This document shows positions 13,977 to 26,330 of a stretch of 64,000 nt of DNA, piece by piece. Source of the DNA: Octopus sinensis. Lineage: Eukaryota. Positions within the stretch are counted from its first letter, which is position 1. Each line of letters starts with the position of its first letter. The notes beneath the pieces were generated by a model, which did no database searches, was not told the DNA's origin, and saw only the letters and a program-made list of their open reading frames with translations. The stretch spans positions 18,290,001 through 18,354,000 of the forward strand of contig NC_042999.1 in the NCBI RefSeq assembly GCF_006345805.1, read 5' to 3'. The translations under genes and the position numbers were made by a program.

Positions 13977-14346
13977 TTGGCAACTGCGTCACATTGTCGT
14001 GCAGCTACAGTTTATACCTCGTTCAGAGATTTGTTATTTCTTGTTTACACATTTTCTAGATCAGTGACTTTTCGTCACTGGAAAAAGGATATATGTATTT
14101 GTATTGGAACCCCTTCGCATCGAAGACAGCTGATTGACGTGCGCTGACGACGTGTAAATACCTAGAAACCCGGGTTCGTGCGTATCACGTCAGGTCGACG
14201 ATGAAAAGGATAGCTTCCCTTTGCAAATACTGATAGGGCACAGAAAGTGTTTCAGTAGCCAACTGGAGATGTTCTCTTGGGGCTACAAGCTACAGTAGCA
14301 TTCACCCTTGGTGGTTAGCTACATTAAAGTGGTAAATATGCTTCAC
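13977..14346 (+). mobile_element. Diverged solo monomer of the 352-bp hammerhead retrozyme family
   Basis: Colinear with the 36539-37371 unit along its whole length (e.g. CTTCCCTTTGCAAATACTGA.AGGGCACAGAAAGTGT); 354 nt separate the two TCAC ends (13992 and 14346). Confidence 0.8.
14138..14182 (+). ncRNA. Degenerate type I hammerhead ribozyme
   Basis: CGTGCG-CTGACGA-CGTGTAAATACCTA-GAAA-C-CCGG-GT-T-CGTGCG. Stems I and III still pair, stem II is broken and the cleavage triplet is GUU. Confidence 0.7.
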
Positions 14347-14435
14347 ATACACACAGACACACTCTCACACACACACACATACACACACACTCACACACAC
14401 ACACACACGCACACATATATATATTGATTATTATA

Positions 14436-14740
14436 ACTCGTGTTAACATGTATCAGAGTATATGATATGAAATAATAACCTCGCTCGCCATTTTAATATC
14501 ATCTGTTCTTTTGCGAACTAATGTATCAACAGCATTCTGGAATGTTTAAACGGTAATCAGAATAGTGGAATTAATCAGGATGATCATGTGGGTATTATAA
14601 TTGTCTGCCTTAAGGAAGCAGATGTCACAAGATAAATGTAAGTCGAACCGTATAAAATGTCGGTGGCCTAGTTAAACGCATTGATAAGAATAAAAAATAC
14701 ATGCATATTTATTTACATTTATTTATTTAGGTCACATGCT
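14436..14740. repeat. Low-copy segment with an inverted paralog at 18180-18493
   Basis: Shared ACTCGTGTTAACATGTATCAGAGTATATGATATGAA ... GGATGATCATGTGGGTATTATAATTGTCTGCC.TAAGGAAGCAGATGTCACAAG. Confidence 0.85.
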
Positions 14741-15019
14741 TGGTTGTTTCTATATATTACACACATGCATGCACGCACAGACACAGGCTGCAATTGATAA
14801 ATTGTCGGCGATATGTATGTTTAATCTCGTGCCTGCGCAATGTTTGTCTTTGAGTTTGTCGACTATGATGTATAGAAGGATCAGTTGGGCACCGTCTGTG
14901 AAGAACACAGCACCATAACGCAATTCGCTCTGCCAGAAATTTGGAAGCGACATGCTGTACCATTGGCATTTGCGCCAGAAGCTCTAATACCAGCCTTTCA
15001 GAGTGTCTGAGTATCAATC

Positions 15020-15740
15020 AGTGGACAGGGCAGTCTGGGGACATATACCGAGAATGATAAAAATGAAGCATCCAGTCAACATCATGATGTTCGCCGTGAT
15101 TACTAGTGATGGTGACGTTATGCTTCCATTGATCTTCCCACACGGCCCCAACATGAAAGCCTAAATGGTGGCATATATCAAGTACTTGAAGGTAGTGTTG
15201 CCCTGGTTCAAGAAGGTGGCTGCTGTAAGGCATTATATCTTATTTCTTTATTGCTCACAATGGGCTAAACATAGAGGGGACAAACAAGGACAGACAAAGG
15301 GATTAAGTCGATTACATCGACCCCAGTGCGTAATTGGTACTAAATTTATCGATCCCGAAAGGATGAAATGCAAAGTGGACGTTGCCGGAATTTGAACTCA
15401 GAACGTAACGGCAAAGGAAATACCTATTTCTATACTACCCACAAGGGGCTAAACACAGAAGGGACAAAAAGGGACAGACAATTGAATTAAGTCGATTAGA
15501 TCGACTCAGTGCATAACTGGTACTTAATTTATCGACCCCAAAAGGATGAAAGGCAAAGTTGACCTCTGCGGAATTTGAACACGGAACGTAACGGCAGACG
15601 AAATACGGCTGCGCATTTCGCCCGGCGTGCTAACGTTTCTGCCAGCTCACCGCCTTTTACCTGCTAACCGGACTCTGCCCCATTCCACACGAGAGGGAGA
15701 ACCCAGTCAGGGCTAACAGACAATTTCTTCGACCACATCA
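15020..15740 (+). mobile_element. Tc1/mariner transposase relic interrupted by a SINE-B tandem
   Basis: PRMIKMKHPVNIMMFAVITSDGDVMLPLIFPHG*...AYIKYLKVVLPWFKKVAAVR (15048-15230) resumes after the SINE as DSAPFHTRGRTQSGLTDNFFDHI (15671-15739), which matches the (QQ)DxAPxH DDD motif. Confidence 0.85.
15241..15656 (-). mobile_element. tRNA-derived SINE family B, head-to-tail tandem (full copy plus head-truncated copy)
   Basis: Head GGCGGTGAGCTGGCAGAAACGTTAG, B box GTTCAAATTCC, core GAGGTCGACTTTGCCTTTCATCCTTTCGGGGTCGATAAA, tail GTGGGTAGTAAAGAAATAG. Confidence 0.9.
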
Positions 15741-16686
15741 TGGATTGATGAAAATGCATGGGCGTATAGTCATATATGATAGTTCTTATCAGAAAATACC
15801 ACCAAATGGTGGTAAACACTGTTGTCGCTCATTATATTCGCTACGGATTACTCCTGATCCTTTATCATGCAACAGGCGATATCACATTTAATCTAAATTT
15901 ATATGACTTAATATCTGTGTTTTCCTATATGAAATTCTTATGTTTCTATAGGAATGAAGCTATGATTCCAAAACATGTTTTTTCTTATCTGTTTAACATT
16001 CATTTGTCAATAAGTACAATGGCTTTCATATCACTATTCATATATTTATACTATGCAATTACTCAAACTTCTAATCGGATTGGTTTTTAATGTTTTATAA
16101 TAAGCTTGTTTTCGTCATGGGTGGTCTCATTTAGCAATTTAAATTAACCATTCCCAATATGTACAATGCATTATTTTTCCATATGATTTATTTTACGATA
16201 TATCATTTCATTAATAATACCGACATTGATTTTGTTTTTGCTTTGCTGTGGATCTGATACATTTTGTTCAAAACATTTCGCATTGACTGAAGTAAAGGAA
16301 TTATTTTTTATTCGTATGCGGTGTAAACTAAACAGAAACATATCCATAGCATTTATATAATAAACTTTCATGTTATGCGTGAAAAAAATTCATCTGTTAT
16401 TTAATTATGTAAGTGACAACATATCACGAATTATATGATAGTTATTGACGCAGCTCGTATATACATGAGACAAAGTGAATCATATATTTTAAAGCTACAA
16501 TTTGTTAAAATAGAAGGAAATCTATACTTCTTTCTTACAGAAATCCAAAGTTATGCTGCGTTGAATTTACTTACCACGTGAGCAGTAAACAAAGTGAATT
16601 TACTCCCGAAGTCAAAATTATGAAGTTGACAGACTTTGTCCAGGAAATTATTTGAATTCTTTTATATTATCATAATTAAAATACAT

Positions 16687-16917
16687 ATTTCTTAAATATC
16701 CACAAGGGGCCAAACACAGAGAGGACAAACAAGGAGTGAGAAGCGGATTAAGTCGATTATATCGACCCCAGTGCGTAACTGGTACTTAATTTATCGACCC
16801 CGAAAGGATGAAAAGCAAAGTCAACCTCGGAGGAATTTGAACTCAGACGTAACGGCAGACGAAATACTGCTAAGCATTTCGTCCGGCGTGCTAACGTTTC
16901 TGCCAGCTCGCTGCCTT
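16687..16917 (-). mobile_element. SINE family B, single copy
   Basis: Aligns to family B over its full length. Confidence 0.9.
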
Positions 16918-18879
16918 TCAATAATTCAAATACCACGTTAGAAAATCGTTGTTGAAAAAATGGACAATGCCAAAAAATATTCGCAACATTTATAAGGTGT
17001 GTCAGATTTGAATTTTTATAAATTGCAGTTGTATTTGCTCTTACATCTGAAGTACAGCCTTAAGAAGCAAATGCAAATACATTCTACAAATATTGCTATT
17101 AATATATTACAAAATAATATTCAAAGATTTATCACATTCATTACAACGTAAATCAAGATACATTTTGTGACATGTTTATGTTCTTTATATTCTGAGTTCA
17201 AATCCTAGCGAGGGAAATCTATCTTTTATTCTTTCTTCTATATTTACATGTGCCTTCTGTCATTAGAGGAAGGTTAGATGGCGTAGAGTAAATTACATAA
17301 CATAATACGAATTAGTCCCGCCCCATCAATTCCATCAATCCTAGCAATACATTCCAGAAATTTATCTGCCATTTAAGTCGAACATCTCAATAACAGGAAG
17401 CGAAATTATTATGATATACTTCACAACATATTGTTAATAATGTAAACAATATGATCAGTATGCAAGTCATAATTACTTCCATAATAAACAGAGGTTTCCT
17501 TTAGAGGTAAAGTGTAATGTATTATCTTAATAACTTTTTGGAAATTAATTAAATGTGAAAACCTTTTACGAAATATACCACTCGATAACTAATTCACTTC
17601 ATAGAAATGCACTTAAGTACATAGTCACATACATAAATACATATTCACGTTACATGCTTGATTGTTTCCACGACCTGTTCCCTGAAATCTCTTGTAGGTG
17701 GGGATTAACAGAAAGGTGTACTGAAACTCTAAACCTTGTCAAAAAGTGGACATTCATAGAATTAGCAATAATTCGATGTCATGATCTTAAACCTACATGG
17801 TATTCGGTCTACCACCCAAATAATTCTATGAACCAAGTGGATATATTTCAATGTAGTTTCGCTGCCCACCACATATCATTCGAAACATTGTCTTCTGCGT
17901 TACATGCAATCTGTATTGAATTTTTAAGAGGTTCATTTTACATTTCATACAGTCTTTCCACACATAATGTTGCTTCTGGAAATGCAGCATCTATATTAAC
18001 ATGTGCATTCATATAAATTGAAGGAGTCCAAAAGAAGATGTAAAATATGGATCATATAATTGGTTCATTAAAATGGAGTGAGTATCACATTTTTCTAACG
18101 TTTCTGCTGTCATTAATTAGAAAAGACTACATATGTTTTCAGACGTGATACATGTGACAAATTATAACACCAACCATTTGTGACCATTTTTCTCCCTTGT
18201 GTATATGTTTAATTATAAATGTGCATGTATTCTTTGTATTCTTATGAATGCGTCTAACTAGGTCTCTAACTTTTAATACGGTTCGACTTACATTTAGCTT
18301 GTGACATCTGCTTCCTTAGGGCAGACAATTATAATACCCACATGATCATCCTAATTAATTCCACTATTCTGATTACCGTTTATACATTCAAGAATGTTGT
18401 TGATTCATTAAGTCCCAAAAGAACAGTTGATATTAAAATGGCGAGCGCAGTTATTTCTTCATATCATATACTCTGATACATGTTAACACGAGTAATACTA
18501 TCTCAATGTTCAATGGGCTCGAATATGTGAAAACACTGAAATAAGGTATTACAGTTAGAATAATGAACAGGGAATACATAAAAATCGTAGCAGCAGGCTC
18601 ATACACAAAAAAAAGAAATGTGCAGCACAAATAGCGCAAGTGTCATTCTTCAATCATTTATCTCTTACTTGCTTCAGCTACTTGGGAGCGGCTGTGCTGG
18701 GCCACCGCCATCAAGGGTTTTCAGTCGACCAAATCGACACAAAGATATATACATAGACACACACACGTATGTCTGTATATATATATATATAGCCTCATTC
18801 TCATGCCGAAGACTACTTGGTGTAATTGATAATTATTCCAAATTAATTAATTTCACCCTTCATTATTACGGATAACTAT

Positions 18880-18960
<81 letters not shown>

Positions 18961-18962
<2 letters not shown>

Positions 18963-20932
18963 ACAATCAAGGAACGGCCATGATAGGCCATTCACCCACT
19001 AGAAATAACAGCCAAAGCTTCAACCGCAAATAAAGATTAATTCCGTAACAGGAGAAAATTCAAAAAACATTTACCCTGTAATTTCTTGTACGATGCACCG
19101 TTTCATCTGCTGTTTAATGGTAAACTAACCTGATTAAATTAAATCAAGCCAATCTTCCATAGGCCCTCAGATTCTTCAGCAAGAAATAGCCAAGTCGGAA
19201 CAGATATTTTCACGAGGCATTTCCGACCCTGCCAAGGTAATATCTGACCTAAAATTTTCAAATCGTCGCACTCGCGCCAAATTTATCGGCAGCAAATAAA
19301 TATAAGCCGTCCATTCCATTACGGAATTAACCAGAAAATTCATAATTAATCAATATAGGGTGGCAAAAAAAATTTTGTAGAATTCTTTTTGCCACCAGCG
19401 GCCTAGTGGGAAAAATTAAATAGTCATAGACCATTTTTAAGTTCAACATCAACAATCAAGGAACGGCCATGATAGGCCATTCACCCACTAGAATAACAGC
19501 CAAAGCTTCAACCGCAAATAAAGATTAATTCCGTAAACAGGAGAAAATTTAAAAAACATTTACCCTGTAATTTCTTGTACGATGCACCGTTTCATCTGCT
19601 GTTTAATGGTAAACTAACCTGATTAAATTAAATCAAGCCAATCTTCCATAGGCCCTCAGATTCTTCAGCAAGAATAGCCAAGTGGGAACAGATATTTTCA
19701 CGAGGCATTTCCGACCCTGCCAAGGTAATATCTGACCTAAAATTTTCAAATCGTCGCACTCGCGCCAAATTTATCGGCAGCAAATAAATATAAGCCGTCG
19801 ATTCCATTACGGAATTAACCAGAAAATTCATAATTAATCAATATATATAATTAATCAATTAAAAATGGTCTATGACTATTTAATTTTTTCCCACTAGGCC
19901 GCTGGTGGCAAAAAGAATTCTACAAAAATTTTTTTGCCACCCTATATTGATTAATTATGAATTTTCTGGTTAATTCCGTAATGGAATCGACGGCTTATAT
20001 TTATTTGCTGCCGATAAATTTGGCGCGAGTGCGACGATTTGAAAATTTTAGGTCAGATATTACCTTGGCAGGGTCGGAAATGCCTCGTGAAAATATCTGT
20101 TCCGACTTGGCTATTTCTTGCTGAAGAATCTGAGGGCCTATGGAAGATTGGCTTGATTTAATTTAATCAGGTTAGTTTACCATTAAACAGCAGATGAAAC
20201 GGTGCATCGTACAAGAAATTACAGGGTAAATGTTTTTTAAATTTTCTCCTGTTTACGGAATTAATCTTTATTTGCGGTTGAAGCTTTGGCTGTTATTTCT
20301 AGTGGGTGAATGGCCTATCATGGCCGTTCCTTGATTGTTGATGTTGAACTTAAAAATGGTCTATGACTATTTAATTTTTTCCCACTAGGCCGCTGGTGGC
20401 AAAAAGAATTCTACAAAATTTTTTTTGCCACCCTATATTGATTAATTATGAATTTTCTGGTTAATTCCGTAATGGAATGGACGGCTTATATTTATTTGCT
20501 GCCGATAAATTTGGCGCGAGTGCGACGATTTGAAAATTTTAGGTCAGATATTACCTTGGCAGGGTCGGAAATGCCTCGTGAAAATATCTGTTCCCACTTG
20601 GCTATTTCTTGCTGAAGAATCTGAGGGCCTATGGAAGATTGGCTTGATTTAATTTAATCAGGTTAGTTTACCATTAAACAGCAGATGAAACGGTGCATCG
20701 TACAAGAAATTACAGGGTAAATGTTTTTTAAATTTTCTCCTGTTTACGGAATTAATCTTTATTTGCGGTTGAAGCTTTGGCTGTTATTTCTAGTGGGTGA
20801 ATGGCCTATCATGGCCGTTCCTTGATTGTTGATGTTGAACTTAAAAATGGTCTATGACTATTTAATTTTTTCCCACTAGGCCGCTGGTGGCAAAAAGAAT
20901 TCTACAAAATTTTTTTTGCCACCCTATATTGA

Positions 20933-20937
<5 letters not shown>
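18961..20937. repeat. Head-to-head tandem array of a ~490-bp unit (about 1.8 forward plus 2.2 reverse units) between (TA)n tracts
   Basis: Forward units 18961-19449 and 19450-19845; filler 19846-19859; reverse units 19860-20350, 20351-20841 and 20842-20937. Copies are ~99% identical. Confidence 0.92.
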
Positions 20938-20991
<54 letters not shown>

Positions 20992-21051
20992 ATATATATA
21001 TATATTATATATATATATATATATTATATATATATATATATTATATATATA

Positions 21052-21112
<61 letters not shown>

Positions 21113-21139
21113 CATATATACATACATACATATTCTTAC

Positions 21140-21297
21140 ATATGCGACGGGCGCGTTTTTGTTTCCGTCTACCTAATCCAGTTAGACGTCTTTTGTCTAC
21201 CTGAGGCTATGGTTGAATATATTCACCCAAATGAGACTGAACTCGGAACCATGTATCTGAGGAGCACACATCTTATCACGCAGTCACGCCTGCACTT
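21140..21297 (-). mobile_element. SINE family A, diverged 5' fragment
   Basis: CGACGGGC...TTTCCGTCTACC...GACTGAACTCGGAACCATG. Confidence 0.7.
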
Positions 21298-21823
21298 ATT
21301 ATTTTAAGCTCTTCGGAAATACTTCTCATCTTAAGAAAATATCCTCGTATTTATTGTAGATATGCTGGTATGAAATAGGTAGACTTACTGGAAACACATC
21401 AAGAAATCATTGTTTACATCAACTGAAGAAAATTCTGCAATTGTTGATGTAGTTCTTTTATCTAAATCTCAGAACTAAAATTTGAATATTTTCAAGGAAT
21501 TTGAATACACATTTCATGTAGAATATTCTAAACCCCATTACGTATTATCAATTGAAACGATGTGTCATAAGGAGAAATATCAAAAGCAATGCATAATAAA
21601 TTCCAATCATAAAATACCTTTAAAGAACACTTTCAATTAACTAGAAGGTCTGTCACACTTATAGAGTATAGGAAAGATGTGTCTTTATAATCTAAAGTAC
21701 TTATATATTTCCCATACCTGTAAAATCTCAATTGTTACTCAAGTTTCTACACGTCACAGGGAATATATATATATTCAACAGAGAGTTAATAGATATAAGA
21801 TCCAAGCAATAATATGGAGATGG

Positions 21824-21936
<113 letters not shown>

Positions 21937-23150
21937 GCATTCATACACACACATACATACACATGTATGTACGTATGTATGTATGTATGGATGGATGGAT
22001 AGGTGGATGGATGTTCGTGTGTCCTGTGTATTACTCTAAACTTCATCTGGTAGTGAGGCCCAGGTTCGAGAGTTCCAGGTTTGTCAGCGATTCGGAAACA
22101 ACTCTTAGCCAATCTGGTTTCTTAGTGCATTCTGATATAGTAGTAGTAGCACATGTTAGGGCCCCCAGCTTTGGATTAATAAACATTGTAAAACACTGAG
22201 AGAGAAAGAGAGAGAGTGAGTGAGTGAGTGAGAGCTCTTTATTCCTCGTTAGAAGGTCTTGCACTTGAAATGAAATACAAATGAAAGCAACTACACATGT
22301 CAGAAGCAGAAGGGGTGAAGACTTAGGATGATAGCTGTTTTGAAAAGAAAATGCGAGCAGAAGCAACGGAAAACATGATTCCAAGTTTAAGACGTTTAGC
22401 TGGCAACCTTTGAGTAAAATGTATCTTACAAGTAGATTGGAAATTCTTGAATTTTCGGAACCTTTGAATGGGCTAAGTGAATTTCGGATGTTGTATTGCG
22501 ATATCTCATGTTGGTTTTCCACCAGGTATGTATGTAATATATTCCAAGAATCTCCGGTACATGAATAGATAAATATCTTCTTTGTATCTATGCACTTTTT
22601 AGTATGATTTAACATAGAGAAAATGTAAATATAACAATAAAATGCAAAGTCGAGCGGATACAGGTGAATTTATTGGTAACGAGATCTCCAAATTCCAGCT
22701 CTTATTTTCCACACTTTGCTAGTTCTCCTCCCACCATTTGTTTATCTCACCACCACCCCCACTGTTCCATACTTAAACTTGTTTCCTTCCTTTCTCACAT
22801 TCTCTCATCACACTTATCTTTTCCTGCTTGTCCCTTTTATTCTTAATGCATCTCCATTGCTGGCCGTTCTAAATCTACTCCTAACATACATTTTACACAA
22901 AGGTGGGCAGCTAAACAGATGCTTCTACAAGCATTTTACTTTCAAAATAAAAAAAAAAGTGGTTAGCATCCAAAGCTTTCGCCTATTTTGTTTCCTACTT
23001 GTGCATTTGCTTCCATTTTAATTTTTATTCAGTTTTGCTTTTTTTATTTACATTCCAACGCGTGTACAGTATCGCATTATGCTTGAGTGAGTAATGCATG
23101 TATTATTCATGTGCTTCAATTTTCCTTGCCTCAGAAATCAGATTTCTGCG

Positions 23151-23197
<47 letters not shown>

Positions 23198-25858
23198 TGC
23201 ACACACACCCCCACACACATATAGTCTTCCCTTCTGCAGAGCAAATTGTCAGCAGTTCGCTGATTAATACAGGTAGGCACGCATACACACAAACTTACAC
23301 GCATATATACACAATTTCACACACTCACACGCCTGTGAATATGTTAAGAAAATTAGAGATTAAAGAAATTCTGGCGCATTCCTCTTTAACCACTCTGAAA
23401 AAACCGAAAAAGGCTAAATAAATTCTCCAAGCAATCCATATACGTTGTTATTTATTATTACTGTAACAAGTCTGACTTGTACATTCGGGGCCAAACATTA
23501 ATTACATTCGATGTAATAATCAGAGAATTTAAAAGCATTATCATCCTTGACATTGCATCTCCATTTCTCCCATAAATGCATGTATGTGTGTATATGTGTT
23601 CTTTTGTATGCATATATAGGATATGAAACTATAAAATACAAACACATAGACACGCATGCACACACATATATATCATAGATTTCGTATATTTCAATGAAAA
23701 ACTAAGAAAAGTGCGTACTTTTATACTATTTATAGGGGTTCATTTTAAGCTGACTATGTTCAGTTGAATATTGTTTCCTGAAAAAGAAGTAAGCTTTCAA
23801 ATTCCGTTTTCTGTTCTGTAGCATATATCGTATCATCTCTGAAAAATGCGAAATGTAAAGTATTAAAATGGCACCAAAACGCACCTTATCGACAACATAC
23901 CTTACGTTCTACACCCCCACCAAACATCATTACCATCAAAGAAAGTTTTAGACTTATATACAATCAACTGCACAAAATCAAAACTACATTCATATAAAAA
24001 TATATACACACACATACACACACACAAATACATGTATATATATTTCTTGGTATGTTTCTAGAGGGTGTATAATTTTGCGAACCCTGACAATCCATATATA
24101 GAATCATCGGTCTTGCCGTTGCACGTAATATGCTTGTAAATTTAAAAATTGCAACCCGTTTAGAGGTTACAATGTACTGTTTTCAATCGGTTCTTATTTT
24201 CGTCATGCAACCTATAGGGAACATAACGAAAGGAAATTACTTAGCTGTCGATAATTATTACTGAATTATCAGAAATCTAACACGGCGAACATCACCAAAG
24301 TTGACTACCCATTAAACAAACGGATTACTACATTGTCCGGTTAGCTGCAGAATATTTTTATGTGTATGCAATATTTCTACACTATACATTAGGCGATACA
24401 TTGTGCACTTTATTCCAATTCATTGCATATTAAAGAAGGTCACGTAAATAATTTTTTCTCAATGTTTTACACAAGATAAGTGTAATTTAATAGGAAACAG
24501 AGCAGCGAAATGTAAACATTTAAGCAAATAATCATGGTTATTGTCATACCCTCATATGTAATACGGTTCTGTTACTGGGCTCTGGTTGACTTGCTCTTTA
24601 GCAAGAGTGCTAGTGATGGGGAGTTCAGTTCATTATGTGGTATGTGTGTGTGTGGGGGGGCTACTTGCATGGAAATATTAAACAGAATGAGGTATTTCTG
24701 AAATCATTTATCTGGTTGAACATGTGGATGCTCCAGAAATGAGATTCCATGAATGTCAGAACAACGAATTTGACATACCGTACCGTTAGTGCCGCAGGGG
24801 CTACAGATGAATGCACAAAACAGCTCAATAAAAAATACTTCCCAGCGTACGGTTCTTCTAAATGTGTAACCGGACGCATGTTTTTAAACATTATTGTTTG
24901 TACATTATTCGAAAACCAAGGTGAAGATTGTTGTTGTGATACTTGGCAGCATCGATTCGTCGTCTCGTATTGATGCGAGGTGAACTTTTCGGACAGCATT
25001 TTCATCGAATTACTAGAAAATATGTGAAGTTTAAAAGAAATTTCGCCTTAAAATCAGAGAACGATATTAGAACTTATGAGTGAGAAAGAAGTGTTAAGAA
25101 TTAATTGTGTTATAGTCGCTATTTATTTCAATATCATGTTTATTAGTGAGAAGTTAGGTTTGGAATATGGGCGCCGTCAGAATTTGGGGAAATACCAGAA
25201 AACTACAGCAGGGAACGTGTAAACAGATATATCCTTAATATTAGACGTAATGCGCTAGCTCCCAAGAATTTCCAAACTTTATATTCTTTTGAAATTATAT
25301 TTTGTTTAAATTATTTTAGCTTATATAATACTTTCATTTAATTTTATTTAATTTTATTTAATTTTATTTAACTATCCCTCCTGTTTCACATGGTTTAATT
25401 TTTCTTCTCGTTAAGAAATATGTATGTCACCAGTTATCGTTATATAACACATTCGCTCCGCCGGATACGCCTTTATATACCCCCAACCATTGAACGCCTT
25501 TTGCCTCGTATTATGCCCTTTTGTGCCCTTGTATGTTATAATATCATCTCAAAGAACAACAGTTGTTTGGTTTTTAAAGATAACTTTGACGATTACGTGA
25601 CATATTCAGTAAAGTATTGCTGTAACCATGTTGCCTATCATGAAATGTGTTGATAATGAGAGTTATTTATTATCATGAATTTATCGCTGAATGTTGTTGG
25701 CGTTGTTGTTGCTGATAATGATGATAGTTTCATATTCATATAAAACTATTGACTATGAGAAGGATAATAAATGTGATTGGGATTTGGGGCTAGACGCAAT
25801 TATGTTCACTGTTAACAGTTGTTCATGTAAAACTTCATTGAAATATATTAGATATATT

Positions 25859-26330
25859 TATTTCTTTATTGCTCACAAGGGGGACAAACAAGAACGTACA
25901 AAGGGATTAAGTTGATTACATCGGCCCCAATGAGTTACTGATACTTATTTAATCGACCCCGAAAGGATGAAAGTCTATGTCGAGCTCGACGGAATTTGAA
26001 CTCAGAACGTAGCGGCTGACGAAATGCCACTAAGTTTTTCCCCCAGCGTGCTAACGATTCTGCCAGTTCACCGCCTTAAATATTTTAGCTATATTATAAA
26101 GGAATGGAGTGTACCTCTCGATCCAGCATACTATTTTCTAGTCTAGGCATCAGGCCGAAATTTTGGTGGGAGTGGGCTAGTCGATGAGATCGACCACATT
26201 ACGCACATTATTTATCGACCCCGAAATAATGAAAGGCAAAGTCGAGCTCGGCGGAATTTAAACTCAGAACGTAAAGACAGACGAAATAACGCTAAGCAAT
26301 TCGCCCGGCATGCTAACGTTTCTGTCAGCT
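25859..26330 (-). mobile_element. Two adjacent SINE family B copies (25859-26077 with tail type 1; 26136-26330 with tail type 2)
   Basis: Both have the family B head and core. The second has the alternative tail (+ strand TCTAGTCTAGGCATCAGGCCGAAATT). Confidence 0.8.

Noticed and set aside
19357-19410. Hairpin plus CTAG in the 490-bp unit as a Helitron 3' end
   Set aside because: The next unit does not begin with TC after CTAG, and the array ends do not coincide with this site.
20050-20110. Overlapping helices CAGATATT/AATATCTG and GTCGGAA/TTCCGAC in the 490-bp unit, a possible HDV-like fold
   Set aside because: No P1.1, P4 or catalytic J4/2 C, and one helix is broken in half of the copies.
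22043-22615. Longer non-repeat ORFs (190 aa here; also 17555-18016, 11968-12279, 53667-53996, 24661-25005)
   Set aside because: No recognisable domain and no convincing splice context; lengths are compatible with chance.
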